Origin: an uncultured Rhodobiaceae bacterium | GTDB lineage: Bacteria > Pseudomonadota > Alphaproteobacteria > Rhizobiales > TMED25 | NCBI GenBank assembly: GCA_913045225.1 | Contig: CAJWPC010000004.1 | Location: 26,626 to 90,625 of the forward strand | DNA: 64,000 nt | Direction of reading: 5' to 3' | Shown: positions 30,572 to 38,365 of the stretch, one piece after another | How positions within the stretch are numbered: position 1 is the stretch's first letter | Layout of the letters: the number at the start of each line of letters is the position of its first letter | The notes under the pieces: generated by a model | Databases searched by the model: none | What the model was told of the DNA's origin: nothing | What the model saw: only the letters and a program-made list of their open reading frames with translations | Position numbers and translations under genes: made by a program

Positions 30572-31464
30572 AAATAAATAAAATTGGACTAATCGGTATG
30601 GGTTTAATGGGGCAAGCATTTATTAAAAATCTTGTCAAGGCACAGATACATGTTCAGGGATTTGATACTGATCAAAAAAGAATGTCTCAACTTAAAGATG
30701 TCGGTGGCACGCCATTGGACTCACCACGCCTTGTCGGCAAGGATGTCAATTTTGTATTAACATCACTTCCAAATAGTACAATTGCAAGGGATGTGTTGTT
30801 CGGTGAGGGAGGGCTTGCAGATAATAACTATCGCGACTTAATTGTTTGCGATACAACAACATCGAGACCAGAGGATAGCGAGAAGATTGCCGGAGAACTA
30901 TCAAATTTTGGGATACATTTCTTAGATACAGCTGTAAGTGGAACAAGCGCAATGGCAGAGGTAGGAGATTTGGTTATCATTGCTGGTGGCTCAAAAGAGA
31001 TATACGACAGGGCAATCCCAATATTAAATACATTTTCCAGAGCATCTTATTATATGGGTCCATCTGGGTCGGGAGCGCGTACAAAACTTGTAATAAATCT
31101 TGTTTTAGCGGGAAACCGTCTCTCGCTAGCGGAAGGGCTTGTGCTGGGAGAAAAGTCCGGGTTAAATCTTGATTCATTACTTGCAGTCGTAAAAGATGGC
31201 GCATGCTCATCGAAAACAATGAGCGATAAAGGGCCCAAGATGATCGATGGTGATTTTAAGACCCAAAGCCTTGTAACAAATGTACTTAAAGACTCCAGAT
31301 TAATGCTTGAGCAAGGACAAAAATTTGGCTCTCCTATGTTAATGACAAATATCTGGTCTCAACTCATGCAGGCCTCAGAAGAGGCAGGTTATGGGGAAAA
31401 AGATGTTACAAGCTTTATTGAAATCCTTCGAGGTATGGCTGGTCTTAAAAGCAGGATAGATTGA
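30562..31464 (+). CDS. beta-hydroxyacid dehydrogenase family protein (3-hydroxyisobutyrate / tartronate-semialdehyde reductase-like)
   Basis: 300 aa with GLIGMGLMG, then DTAVSG and the GSGARTKLVINL motif. The GTG at 30568, giving a GTGA overlap with the upstream stop, is an equally good start. Confidence 0.85.
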   Translation: MVVKINKIGLIGMGLMGQAFIKNLVKAQIHVQGFDTDQKRMSQLKDVGGTPLDSPRLVGKDVNFVLTSLPNSTIARDVLFGEGGLADNNYRDLIVCDTTTSRPEDSEKIAGELSNFGIHFLDTAVSGTSAMAEVGDLVIIAGGSKEIYDRAIPILNTFSRASYYMGPSGSGARTKLVINLVLAGNRLSLAEGLVLGEKSGLNLDSLLAVVKDGACSSKTMSDKGPKMIDGDFKTQSLVTNVLKDSRLMLEQGQKFGSPMLMTNIWSQLMQASEEAGYGEKDVTSFIEILRGMAGLKSRID

Positions 31465-31473
31465 AAAAATTTG

Positions 31474-31549
31474 TGGTGCCCTGACCTAGATTTGAACTAG
31501 GGACACAACGATTTTCAGTCGTTTGCTCTACCAACTGAGCTATCAGGGC
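31474..31549 (-). tRNA. tRNA-Phe (anticodon GAA), CCA encoded
   Basis: The reverse complement reads GCCCTGATAGCTCAGTTGGTAGAGCAAACGACTGAAAATCGTTGTGTCCCTAGTTCAAATCTAGGTCAGGGCACCA. It is a 76-nt cloverleaf with anticodon loop CTGAAAA. Confidence 0.95.
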
Positions 31550-31581
31550 ACATGATATTCCTATTTATATGAATTTTTTAA

Positions 31582-31785
31582 TTAGAAGTCTAGCTTATCT
31601 TTTTTTATTATATCAATAATCTCAGGGTTCTCATTAATCATTTCATCATTCACTTTTTCACCAGGTATATAATATTTTCCGGTGAGCCAATTGCCCAGAT
31701 CTTTGTTTGCACATTTCTCTGAGCAAAAGGGTTCGAATTTTGCGTTAGATAATTGTTTACACATTGGGCATTTTTCTATTTTCAT
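31582..31785 (-). CDS. yacG: DNA gyrase inhibitor YacG (zinc-ribbon protein)
   Basis: CPMCK...PFCSEKCANKDLGNWL is the YacG zinc-finger signature. The ATG at 31785 (MKIEKCPMCK) is preferred; the ORF track starts at 31800. Confidence 0.85.
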   Translation of the reverse strand: MKIEKCPMCKQLSNAKFEPFCSEKCANKDLGNWLTGKYYIPGEKVNDEMINENPEIIDIIKKDKLDF

Positions 31786-31826
31786 AACTTGTATCCACAT
31801 TATTAGATGTAAATTAATTACTATTT

Positions 31827-32243
31827 CTAATTAACATAAAATTCTCGAGCTTTTGTTTTAGTACCATCAATCATGATGAGATACAAGCTAACCTTTGATG
31901 TTGATGGTGGAATAGTTCTATATTTCTCTATTTCCTTGATCTCACTTTTACACATCGGCATAACAAGAATATTGTTTGGTTTTGCATTATTAATTCCATA
32001 CCTTACCTCTTTTATCAAACATCTTTTTTTTATGAGATATGGAAATTCCATGACCAAATTATTATTAATTAACTTATAGCTAATCCAACTCTCCTCATCA
32101 TCAAAACTATTATTTTGTGCATTTAAATGAACGAAATAAAAAAATAACATCAATAACATCAAAATAAGTAATCCTGAGTATATCCAATAATAAATGAGTT
32201 TATTTTTTTTTAGATTTATTTTGCGCATTAAAGCCAATTCCAT
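31827..32243 (-). CDS. hypothetical membrane-anchored protein
   Basis: 138 aa with one N-terminal TM helix (YYWIYSGLLILMLLMLFFYFV) and a soluble part of about 95 aa. No family is recognised. Its 5' end overlaps the 3' end of maf by 29-44 nt. Confidence 0.45.
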   Translation of the reverse strand: MELALMRKINLKKNKLIYYWIYSGLLILMLLMLFFYFVHLNAQNNSFDDEESWISYKLINNNLVMEFPYLIKKRCLIKEVRYGINNAKPNNILVMPMCKSEIKEIEKYRTIPPSTSKVSLYLIMIDGTKTKAREFYVN

Positions 32244-32805
32244 TAAGTAAATTTAAAGTCTCATTTAGAGGCAGACCAACTACTGAGGTATATGAGCCAA
32301 TAAGCTTTACCACAAATCCTCCTGCAAACCCTTGTATGGCATATGCCCCTGCCTTACCCCTCCATTCATCAGTATTGAGATAGAGATGTATTTCACTTTC
32401 GGATAATAACTTAAATTTAATTCGTGTCTCAACATTCCTATTATAAAAAATACCTTTTTGATCTCGTACGCATACAGCAGTATAAACTCTGTGGTTACGT
32501 CCAGACAATAAATTCAAGTTTTCTCTTGCCTTTTCAATATCTTCAGTTTTTTCAATAATTTTTCTGCCAATTGCAACAACTGTATCTGCAGCTAATATAA
32601 AATCATTTTTATATTGCTCATTCTCAGATATAGAATACGCTTTTTTCCTTGCGAGCATCAGAGCTATCTGATGCGGTGGCAGGCTTTGATCATAAATAGT
32701 TTCATCCACGTTACTTGGGTCAATAATATCAGGGATAATCCCTACTTGCCCTAATAAATCATATCTACGGATTGAGTTACTAGCTAATATTAAGCGTGGA
32801 GCCAT
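32200..32805 (-). CDS. maf: Maf-like nucleoside triphosphate pyrophosphatase
   Basis: 201 aa with LILASNS.RR..LL, AADTVV and GKAGAYAIQG motifs. Confidence 0.92.
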   Translation of the reverse strand: MAPRLILASNSIRRYDLLGQVGIIPDIIDPSNVDETIYDQSLPPHQIALMLARKKAYSISENEQYKNDFILAADTVVAIGRKIIEKTEDIEKARENLNLLSGRNHRVYTAVCVRDQKGIFYNRNVETRIKFKLLSESEIHLYLNTDEWRGKAGAYAIQGFAGGFVVKLIGSYTSVVGLPLNETLNLLNGIGFNAQNKSKKK

Positions 32806-32810
32806 CTTCC

Positions 32811-34112
32811 TTAATCATCTTTTCGGTTTAATCTCGCTCTTAATGAGTTAGCATGTGATATAAGACCCTCTTGCTCAGCAATTCTGATCGCGCTTGGGGC
32901 TATTTCATTAAAGTTCGACTTATCACACTCAACAATAGATGTTCGTTTCATAAAACTTTGAACCGATAGTCCAGACGAAAATCTTGCTGTTTGCATTGTG
33001 GGTAATACGTGATTTGTGCCAACAACATAATCACCAGCAGCTTCTGGTGTATATTTACCAATAAATATTGCCCCAGCATTTTTAACTTGCTCTGATAAAT
33101 CACGCGCGTCTGGCGTACATAATTGCAAATGTTCAGGGGCGATTTCATTTATAAATTTTATGATTTCTTTGTTTGTTTCACATATTATTATGCATCCATA
33201 TCGGGTCCAACTATTTTTGAGTGTTGCCCCATCATCAAGATCCTCTAATCTTTGATTTATTCGTTCCAGAACTCTTTTTGCAAAATCAATATCCTTTGTT
33301 ACTAGAATTGATTGGGCATTATCGTCGTGCTCTGCTTGCGCAAAAAGATCTTCTACAACCCATTCTAAATCCATGTCTGAATCAGCAACAACCATAACCT
33401 CTGATGGTCCCGCGACCATATCAATACCTACATCACCAAAAACCTGTTTTTTTGCAGCAGCTACATAACTATTCCCTGGACCTACAATCATATCAACTTT
33501 ATCTATTTGATCAGTTCCATAAGTAAGAGCTGCGATAGCTTGGGCTCCGCCAATTCTGTAGACTTCTTCTACATTACAAATACTGGCTGCCGCCAGTATT
33601 GAATTATTAAGGACACCATTCATTGATGGTGTTACCATTACAATACGCCTGACACCCGCAACTAGTGCCGGTATAACATTCATAAGAACACTGCTTGGAT
33701 ATATTGCCTTGCCCCCTGGCACATAGACACCAACCGACTCTACTGGTGTCCATCTTTGCTCGATTTTAATATCAATTTGATCAGTATAAGAGAGATTTTC
33801 AGGTTTTAACTTTTTATGATATGCAAGAATTCTATCATGGGCAAATTTTAGCGAACTTAAAAGTTCTCTACTGATATTTTCAGTACTTTTGCTCAAAATA
33901 TTCTTGTCTAGTTTTAGATCTTCTTGAGATAACTGATTATTATCAAACTCATTTGTATAATTTAGAAGTGCGGAGTCTTTATCTTTCCTGATTGATGAAA
34001 TTATAGCATCAACTTCACCGGAGATTTCATTAAAGTTGAGCTTCCTTTTGGCTTGTTGCTGATAAAACTCATTCATTGACTTCACGTCGTTAATGTTAAA
34101 TATTTTTTTCAT
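32811..34112 (-). CDS. hisD: histidinol dehydrogenase
   Basis: HisD motifs: YVPGGKA.YPSSVLM, GPGN.YV..AK, AGPSE and AEH. The ATG at 34112 (MKKIFNIND...) is preferred, because the ORF-track start at 34151 would overlap the murA 3' end. Confidence 0.94.
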   Translation of the reverse strand: MKKIFNINDVKSMNEFYQQQAKRKLNFNEISGEVDAIISSIRKDKDSALLNYTNEFDNNQLSQEDLKLDKNILSKSTENISRELLSSLKFAHDRILAYHKKLKPENLSYTDQIDIKIEQRWTPVESVGVYVPGGKAIYPSSVLMNVIPALVAGVRRIVMVTPSMNGVLNNSILAAASICNVEEVYRIGGAQAIAALTYGTDQIDKVDMIVGPGNSYVAAAKKQVFGDVGIDMVAGPSEVMVVADSDMDLEWVVEDLFAQAEHDDNAQSILVTKDIDFAKRVLERINQRLEDLDDGATLKNSWTRYGCIIICETNKEIIKFINEIAPEHLQLCTPDARDLSEQVKNAGAIFIGKYTPEAAGDYVVGTNHVLPTMQTARFSSGLSVQSFMKRTSIVECDKSNFNEIAPSAIRIAEQEGLISHANSLRARLNRKDD

Positions 34113-34120
34113 TCTAAATT

Positions 34121-35398
34121 CTATCTTATTCTCTCTATCTCTGCACCGCAATTTGATAATTTTTTCTCTAAATTTTCAAAACCACGGTCTAAATGATAAA
34201 CTCTATTTATTAGGGTTTCTCCTTCTGCACATAAGGCAGCAATTACAAGGGATACAGATGCCCTAAGATCAGTAGCCATTACTTGAGCACCCACTAAGTT
34301 TGCTTTACCAGTTATTATAGCTTTGTCTCCATCTAAATAAATATCTGCTCCCATTCTAACTAATTCCTGGACGTGCATAAATCTATTTTCAAAAATTTTT
34401 TCATTTATTACTGAAACTCCATGTGCTTGCGTAAGTAATGCCATAAACTGTGCTTGTAAATCTGTTGGGAAACCTGGATAAGGTTCCGTTATAAGATCAA
34501 TGGGTTTAATTTCATTTGTCAAATAACCATCAACATTTATGCCGTCATCGGTGTCTTTTATTTGGAAGCCAATATTTCTTAGTAGATATAGTGGTAATTC
34601 CAAGTTTCTTGGATCGCAACCCTTTAATATTAAATTTCCTCTCGTAATACATGCCGCGATTGCAAAAGTTGCAGCCTCAATCCTGTCAGACATAACTGAA
34701 TGCGACGCACCATGAAGTGTTTCTTGCCCATCGATAAGTATATTTTTTTTGTTTATCTCAATATTTGCCCCCATTTTTTTTAAGCAATCAATCAAGTCTA
34801 AAACCTCAGGCTCAATTGACGCGTTGCTTATCTTCGTTTCGCCCTTTGCAAGTGTTGACGCCATTATTAAATTTTGAGTTGCGCCCACAGATGGTTTTTC
34901 TAATTGAATATAATTGCCTGTCAGGCCTTTCTTGGCCTTCACTATAACAAATCCCTTCTCAACTTTGACGTCCGCACCTAATGTTTTTAGACCCTTTAAA
35001 TGAATATCAACTGGGCGCGTACCAATAGCACAGCCACCTGGCATTGACACACGAGCGTAACCCTCTCTTGCAAGTAAGGCACCAATTACTAAAAAGCTTG
35101 CCCTCATCTTGGAAACATTTTCGTACCCAGCCGTTGTGCTGCTTATATTAGCCACATTGATAGAAATTGGCGCGCTGAGATCACTTTTTTTTACCCTGAT
35201 TTGATTTATGCTCGCGCCAAGCTCCTCTAGTATAAATGTAAGTGTTTTTATGTCTGTTAGCTTGGGTACATTATGTATTTGTAATACATCATCTGTTAAA
35301 ATGGATGAAATCATAATCGGAAGAGAGGAGTTCTTTGAACCGGAAATAGAAACTTTCCCGTTTAGCCTATTACCGCCAATGATACGAATTTTATCCAT
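34121..35398 (-). CDS. murA: UDP-N-acetylglucosamine 1-carboxyvinyltransferase
   Basis: 425 aa, starting MDKIRIIGGNRLNGKVSISGSKNS, with the active-site loop PGGCAIGTRPVD. Confidence 0.97.
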   Translation of the reverse strand: MDKIRIIGGNRLNGKVSISGSKNSSLPIMISSILTDDVLQIHNVPKLTDIKTLTFILEELGASINQIRVKKSDLSAPISINVANISSTTAGYENVSKMRASFLVIGALLAREGYARVSMPGGCAIGTRPVDIHLKGLKTLGADVKVEKGFVIVKAKKGLTGNYIQLEKPSVGATQNLIMASTLAKGETKISNASIEPEVLDLIDCLKKMGANIEINKKNILIDGQETLHGASHSVMSDRIEAATFAIAACITRGNLILKGCDPRNLELPLYLLRNIGFQIKDTDDGINVDGYLTNEIKPIDLITEPYPGFPTDLQAQFMALLTQAHGVSVINEKIFENRFMHVQELVRMGADIYLDGDKAIITGKANLVGAQVMATDLRASVSLVIAALCAEGETLINRVYHLDRGFENLEKKLSNCGAEIERIR

Positions 35399-35522
35399 CT
35401 TTTGCTTCGCTATTATTTACTTTCTTTTCTCTTTTCTTGATTGCTTGAGCTTTTCGTTTCTTCAAATTCTCCTTCAAAGCTGTAGCTAATTTTTGATTGT
35501 CTTTTTTTCTTAATTTTGCCAT
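35391..35522 (-). CDS. small Lys/Arg-rich protein (43 aa), putative
   Basis: ATG at 35522 to TAA at 35393-35391, translating to MAKLRKKDNQKLATALKENLKKRKAQAIKKREKKVNNSEAKDG. Its last codons overlap the murA ATG (GATGGATAA), which suggests coupling. It is below the ORF-track length cut-off. The central LA.AL.ENL.(K/R)RKAQ pattern resembles small conserved alphaproteobacterial proteins as far as I recall, but this is unverified. Confidence 0.5.
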   Translation of the reverse strand: MAKLRKKDNQKLATALKENLKKRKAQAIKKREKKVNNSEAKDG

Positions 35523-35541
35523 ATTTCGAGTTGTATTATGT

Positions 35542-35570
35542 TTGATTGATTAATATTTTACAAATACATA
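35542..35570 (+). promoter_or_regulatory. possible sigma-70-type promoter for tRNA-Thr
   Basis: TTGATT (35542-35547), a 17-nt spacer, then TACATA (35565-35570), which ends 4 nt before the mature tRNA 5' end. Such matches arise easily by chance in AT-rich DNA. Confidence 0.3.
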
Positions 35571-35574
35571 TGAA

Positions 35575-35649
35575 GCCGCAGTAGCTCAGTGGTAGAGCGC
35601 ACCCTTGGTAAGGGTGAGGTCGAGTGTTCAATCCACTCCTGCGGCACCA
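35575..35649 (+). tRNA. tRNA-Thr (anticodon GGT), CCA encoded
   Basis: GCCGCAGTAGCTCAGTGGTAGAGCGCACCCTTGGTAAGGGTGAGGTCGAGTGTTCAATCCACTCCTGCGGCACCA, with anticodon loop TTGGTAA. Confidence 0.95.
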
Positions 35650-35715
35650 TTTACCATAAATATATAATTAAAAGATTATATTGAAAATCCTTTCTTTGTT
35701 ATTTACTCTAAATTA

Positions 35716-36180
35716 ATGATGAAGAAACTACTTATACTATCAAATTTACCAACAAAAAATACTGAGATATTACTTTACGAGACACAAAAAGGCGCCAAAT
35801 CTATTGAGTCGAATAATATTAAGATATTGGCTTGTGATGCTCGTGAAGTAGACCATAACCATATCCTAGACTCAGCTGGAATAATAATTGGCACTACCGA
35901 AAATCTTGGTTATATGAGTGGGATTATCAAAGATTTTTTCGATAGAAATTATTACCACTGTATCGATAAAACAAATGGTATGCCTTACGCAATATATATT
36001 CGAGCAGGTCATGACGGTACAGGAACCGAGGTTAATATAAAAAGAATAATAACTGGTTTAAAGTGGAAAGAGGTACAAAAACCACTTATACTCAAGGGTA
36101 GTTGGAATGACAATTTCAAAGACCAATGCTTCCATCTAGGCGCAACGATCGCGGCAGGACTGGATGCAAATATATATTAA
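35716..36180 (+). CDS. flavodoxin-like fold protein (putative FMN-dependent NAD(P)H oxidoreductase family)
   Basis: 154 aa with a beta-alpha-beta start (KLLILSN) and the segment IIIGTTENLGYMSGIIKDFFDR, typical of flavodoxin-like proteins. Assignment is family-level only. Confidence 0.55.
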   Translation: MMKKLLILSNLPTKNTEILLYETQKGAKSIESNNIKILACDAREVDHNHILDSAGIIIGTTENLGYMSGIIKDFFDRNYYHCIDKTNGMPYAIYIRAGHDGTGTEVNIKRIITGLKWKEVQKPLILKGSWNDNFKDQCFHLGATIAAGLDANIY

Positions 36181-36200
36181 ATTTAATGTAATGGGATAGA

Positions 36201-37559
36201 ATGTTCACAAAAAATAGAAATAATGCAATTGAAATTGAGCTTATAAGTAAAAATAAATTAAACAACTATATCAAAGAAAACCCAGATCAAAAAAGATGGA
36301 TCGAGCAAAATACATTTACAGCTGATCCTGGTGAGCTGGTCATAATCCCACAAGATAAAGATAATATAAGAAAAGTTTTACTAGGGAGAACATATGAAAA
36401 TGATGTTTACTCTAAATTTATTTGCAGTAATTTGTCAAAAAAATTACCCGGCAATAATTATTACATTTCAAATTTAGATCCTGACGATATTTTACCGTAT
36501 ATAAGCTGGGCTCTGGGTTGTTATAAATATGATAGTGCACCAATTTCCACTTCAAAACTTTTCCTTCCGGATAAGATCCATAATGAGGTAAGTATTCATG
36601 TGGAAAGTATCTTTTTCACAATGGATCTTATAAATCATCCTGCCAATAGACTTACAACAGAGGAATTTGCAAAAATAATTGGAGAATATTTCACGAATAA
36701 AAACTGTAAAGTCACTGAAATTATCGGAGAAGATCTGCTCAAGCATAATTTCCCTCTGATATATGAGGTTGGAAAAGCAAGCTCGCATAAACCAAGGTTA
36801 GTTGAGATTCAGTGGGGGAAAAAAAATGATCCAAAAGTTACACTAGTTGGAAAAGGCATCACTTTTGATACAGGTGGCTTAGATATTAAACCTTCATCTG
36901 GTATGCTTCTAATGAAAAAAGATATGGGCGGGGCGGCGAATATATTGGGCCTCGCAAATATGATAATTGGAAATAAACTGAATTTAAACTTGAGAGTATT
37001 GATACCAATTGCTGAGAACTCAATTTCAAGTAATTCTTTCAGACCAGGCGATATTTTAAATTCAAGATCAGGTTTGACGGTTGAAATTGGAAACACTGAT
37101 GCAGAGGGTAGATTGATATTAGCAGACTCTCTAACTCTCGCTGATGAGGGCTCCCCAGACTTAATCATCGATATGGCTACCCTGACAGGAGCCGCAAGAG
37201 TGGCGGTGGGACCAGAGATAGTTCCATTCTTTAGTACTAGTGACGCAATTTCTAATATCCTAAAAAAAGTTTCGCAAAATGTTCAAGATCCAGTTTGGGA
37301 ACTTCCATTTTTTGCACCATACGGAAAATGGCTTAATAATGAGATCTCAGACCTGAATAATTCACCAAATACACCGTTTGCAGGCTCTATTATTGCAGCA
37401 GAATTTTTGAAAAAATTTATTACCAATACAAATAATTATTTACATTTCGATGTTTATTCCTGGAATAATGGTACAAACAGGTATATCCCCAAAGGTGGAG
37501 CCGCGCAGGGCATCAGAGCTATTTACCAGCTAATAAAAGAGCTTTATGTTAATAAATAA
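36201..37559 (+). CDS. M17 family leucyl aminopeptidase-like protein
   Basis: 452 aa. M17 catalytic-domain motifs are VGKGITFDTGG, MKKDMGGAA and the signature NTDAEGRLILAD. Confidence 0.9.
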   Translation: MFTKNRNNAIEIELISKNKLNNYIKENPDQKRWIEQNTFTADPGELVIIPQDKDNIRKVLLGRTYENDVYSKFICSNLSKKLPGNNYYISNLDPDDILPYISWALGCYKYDSAPISTSKLFLPDKIHNEVSIHVESIFFTMDLINHPANRLTTEEFAKIIGEYFTNKNCKVTEIIGEDLLKHNFPLIYEVGKASSHKPRLVEIQWGKKNDPKVTLVGKGITFDTGGLDIKPSSGMLLMKKDMGGAANILGLANMIIGNKLNLNLRVLIPIAENSISSNSFRPGDILNSRSGLTVEIGNTDAEGRLILADSLTLADEGSPDLIIDMATLTGAARVAVGPEIVPFFSTSDAISNILKKVSQNVQDPVWELPFFAPYGKWLNNEISDLNNSPNTPFAGSIIAAEFLKKFITNTNNYLHFDVYSWNNGTNRYIPKGGAAQGIRAIYQLIKELYVNK

Positions 37560-37573
37560 TTTTAAGGTGTAGC

Positions 37574-38365
37574 ATTCAACGCATTATTACAATTCCCAAA
37601 ACGGATATTAAGAAAGAGCCATCAAATTCTTCTGAAACAATATCGGAGGCTCTTTACGGTGAATTCATAGGGATTGAGGATGAAGATGAAAAGTGGATAT
37701 ATGGAAGATTATTAAATGATAACTATCGTGGTTATGTGGTAAAAACCGCAACTAAAGTTGAAGACCACAAATTAAATAATTCTTCTCTTAAAATCAGTGC
37801 GAATAGTACCCACATATATTCCACTCCAGACCCAAAATCACCTATTAAAAAAACTTTATTCAGAAATTCAAGAGTACTTTGTGACTTGTCCAACGTAAAA
37901 AATGATTTCGTAAAAGTTAATTTTGAGGATGGGTTTATAAATACCAGTCATGTTCGGAGAAATCTCGAAAAAAAAACAGATTTTGTTGATGTAGCAAAAA
38001 GTTATGTTGGGGCACCATACAAATGGGGTGGAAGGACTATTCTTGGAATAGATTGTTCTGGATTAGTTCAAACTTCACTCAATGCGGTTGGTCGGGAGTG
38101 CCCGCGGGATAGTATACAGCAATGTGAACAATTCTGTGGCACTACAGATATTGATCCCGAAATCAGTAATTTACGAAGGGGTGATATTATTTTTTGGGAA
38201 GGTCATGTAGCGATATATGTGCAAACAAATAAAATCATTCATAGTAATATGACCAGTATGGATGTACGAATTGAAAATTTTACAAAGATAAGAGAAATAT
38301 TAGATAAAGAAGATAATCACATTAAGTCAGTCGCTAGGATGATACCCGAATTTATTTATATGTAG
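37574..38365 (+). CDS. NlpC/P60 (C40) cysteine peptidase with two N-terminal SH3b-like domains (YkfC-like), probable ATT start
   Basis: Catalytic motifs GIDCSGLV, GHVAIYV and IIHSN. The first SH3b-like domain (ITIPKTDIKKEPS...EKWIYGRLLNDNYRGYV) is encoded in frame upstream of the ORF-track GTG at 37736, where no ATG/GTG/TTG exists. An ATT at 37574 follows AAGGTG (37564-37569). Confidence 0.75.
   Translation: MQRIITIPKTDIKKEPSNSSETISEALYGEFIGIEDEDEKWIYGRLLNDNYRGYVVKTATKVEDHKLNNSSLKISANSTHIYSTPDPKSPIKKTLFRNSRVLCDLSNVKNDFVKVNFEDGFINTSHVRRNLEKKTDFVDVAKSYVGAPYKWGGRTILGIDCSGLVQTSLNAVGRECPRDSIQQCEQFCGTTDIDPEISNLRRGDIIFWEGHVAIYVQTNKIIHSNMTSMDVRIENFTKIREILDKEDNHIKSVARMIPEFIYM

Noticed and set aside
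31465-31581. A search for an att-like direct repeat of the tRNA-Phe 3' end, and for an integrase, to define a classical genomic island.
   Set aside because: I found no copy of TGGTGCCCTGACC or its neighbours near 21.6 kb or 23.0 kb by eye, and no integrase or recombinase gene anywhere in the window. A classical integrative element is therefore not supported. Only the weaker composition and context argument is reported.
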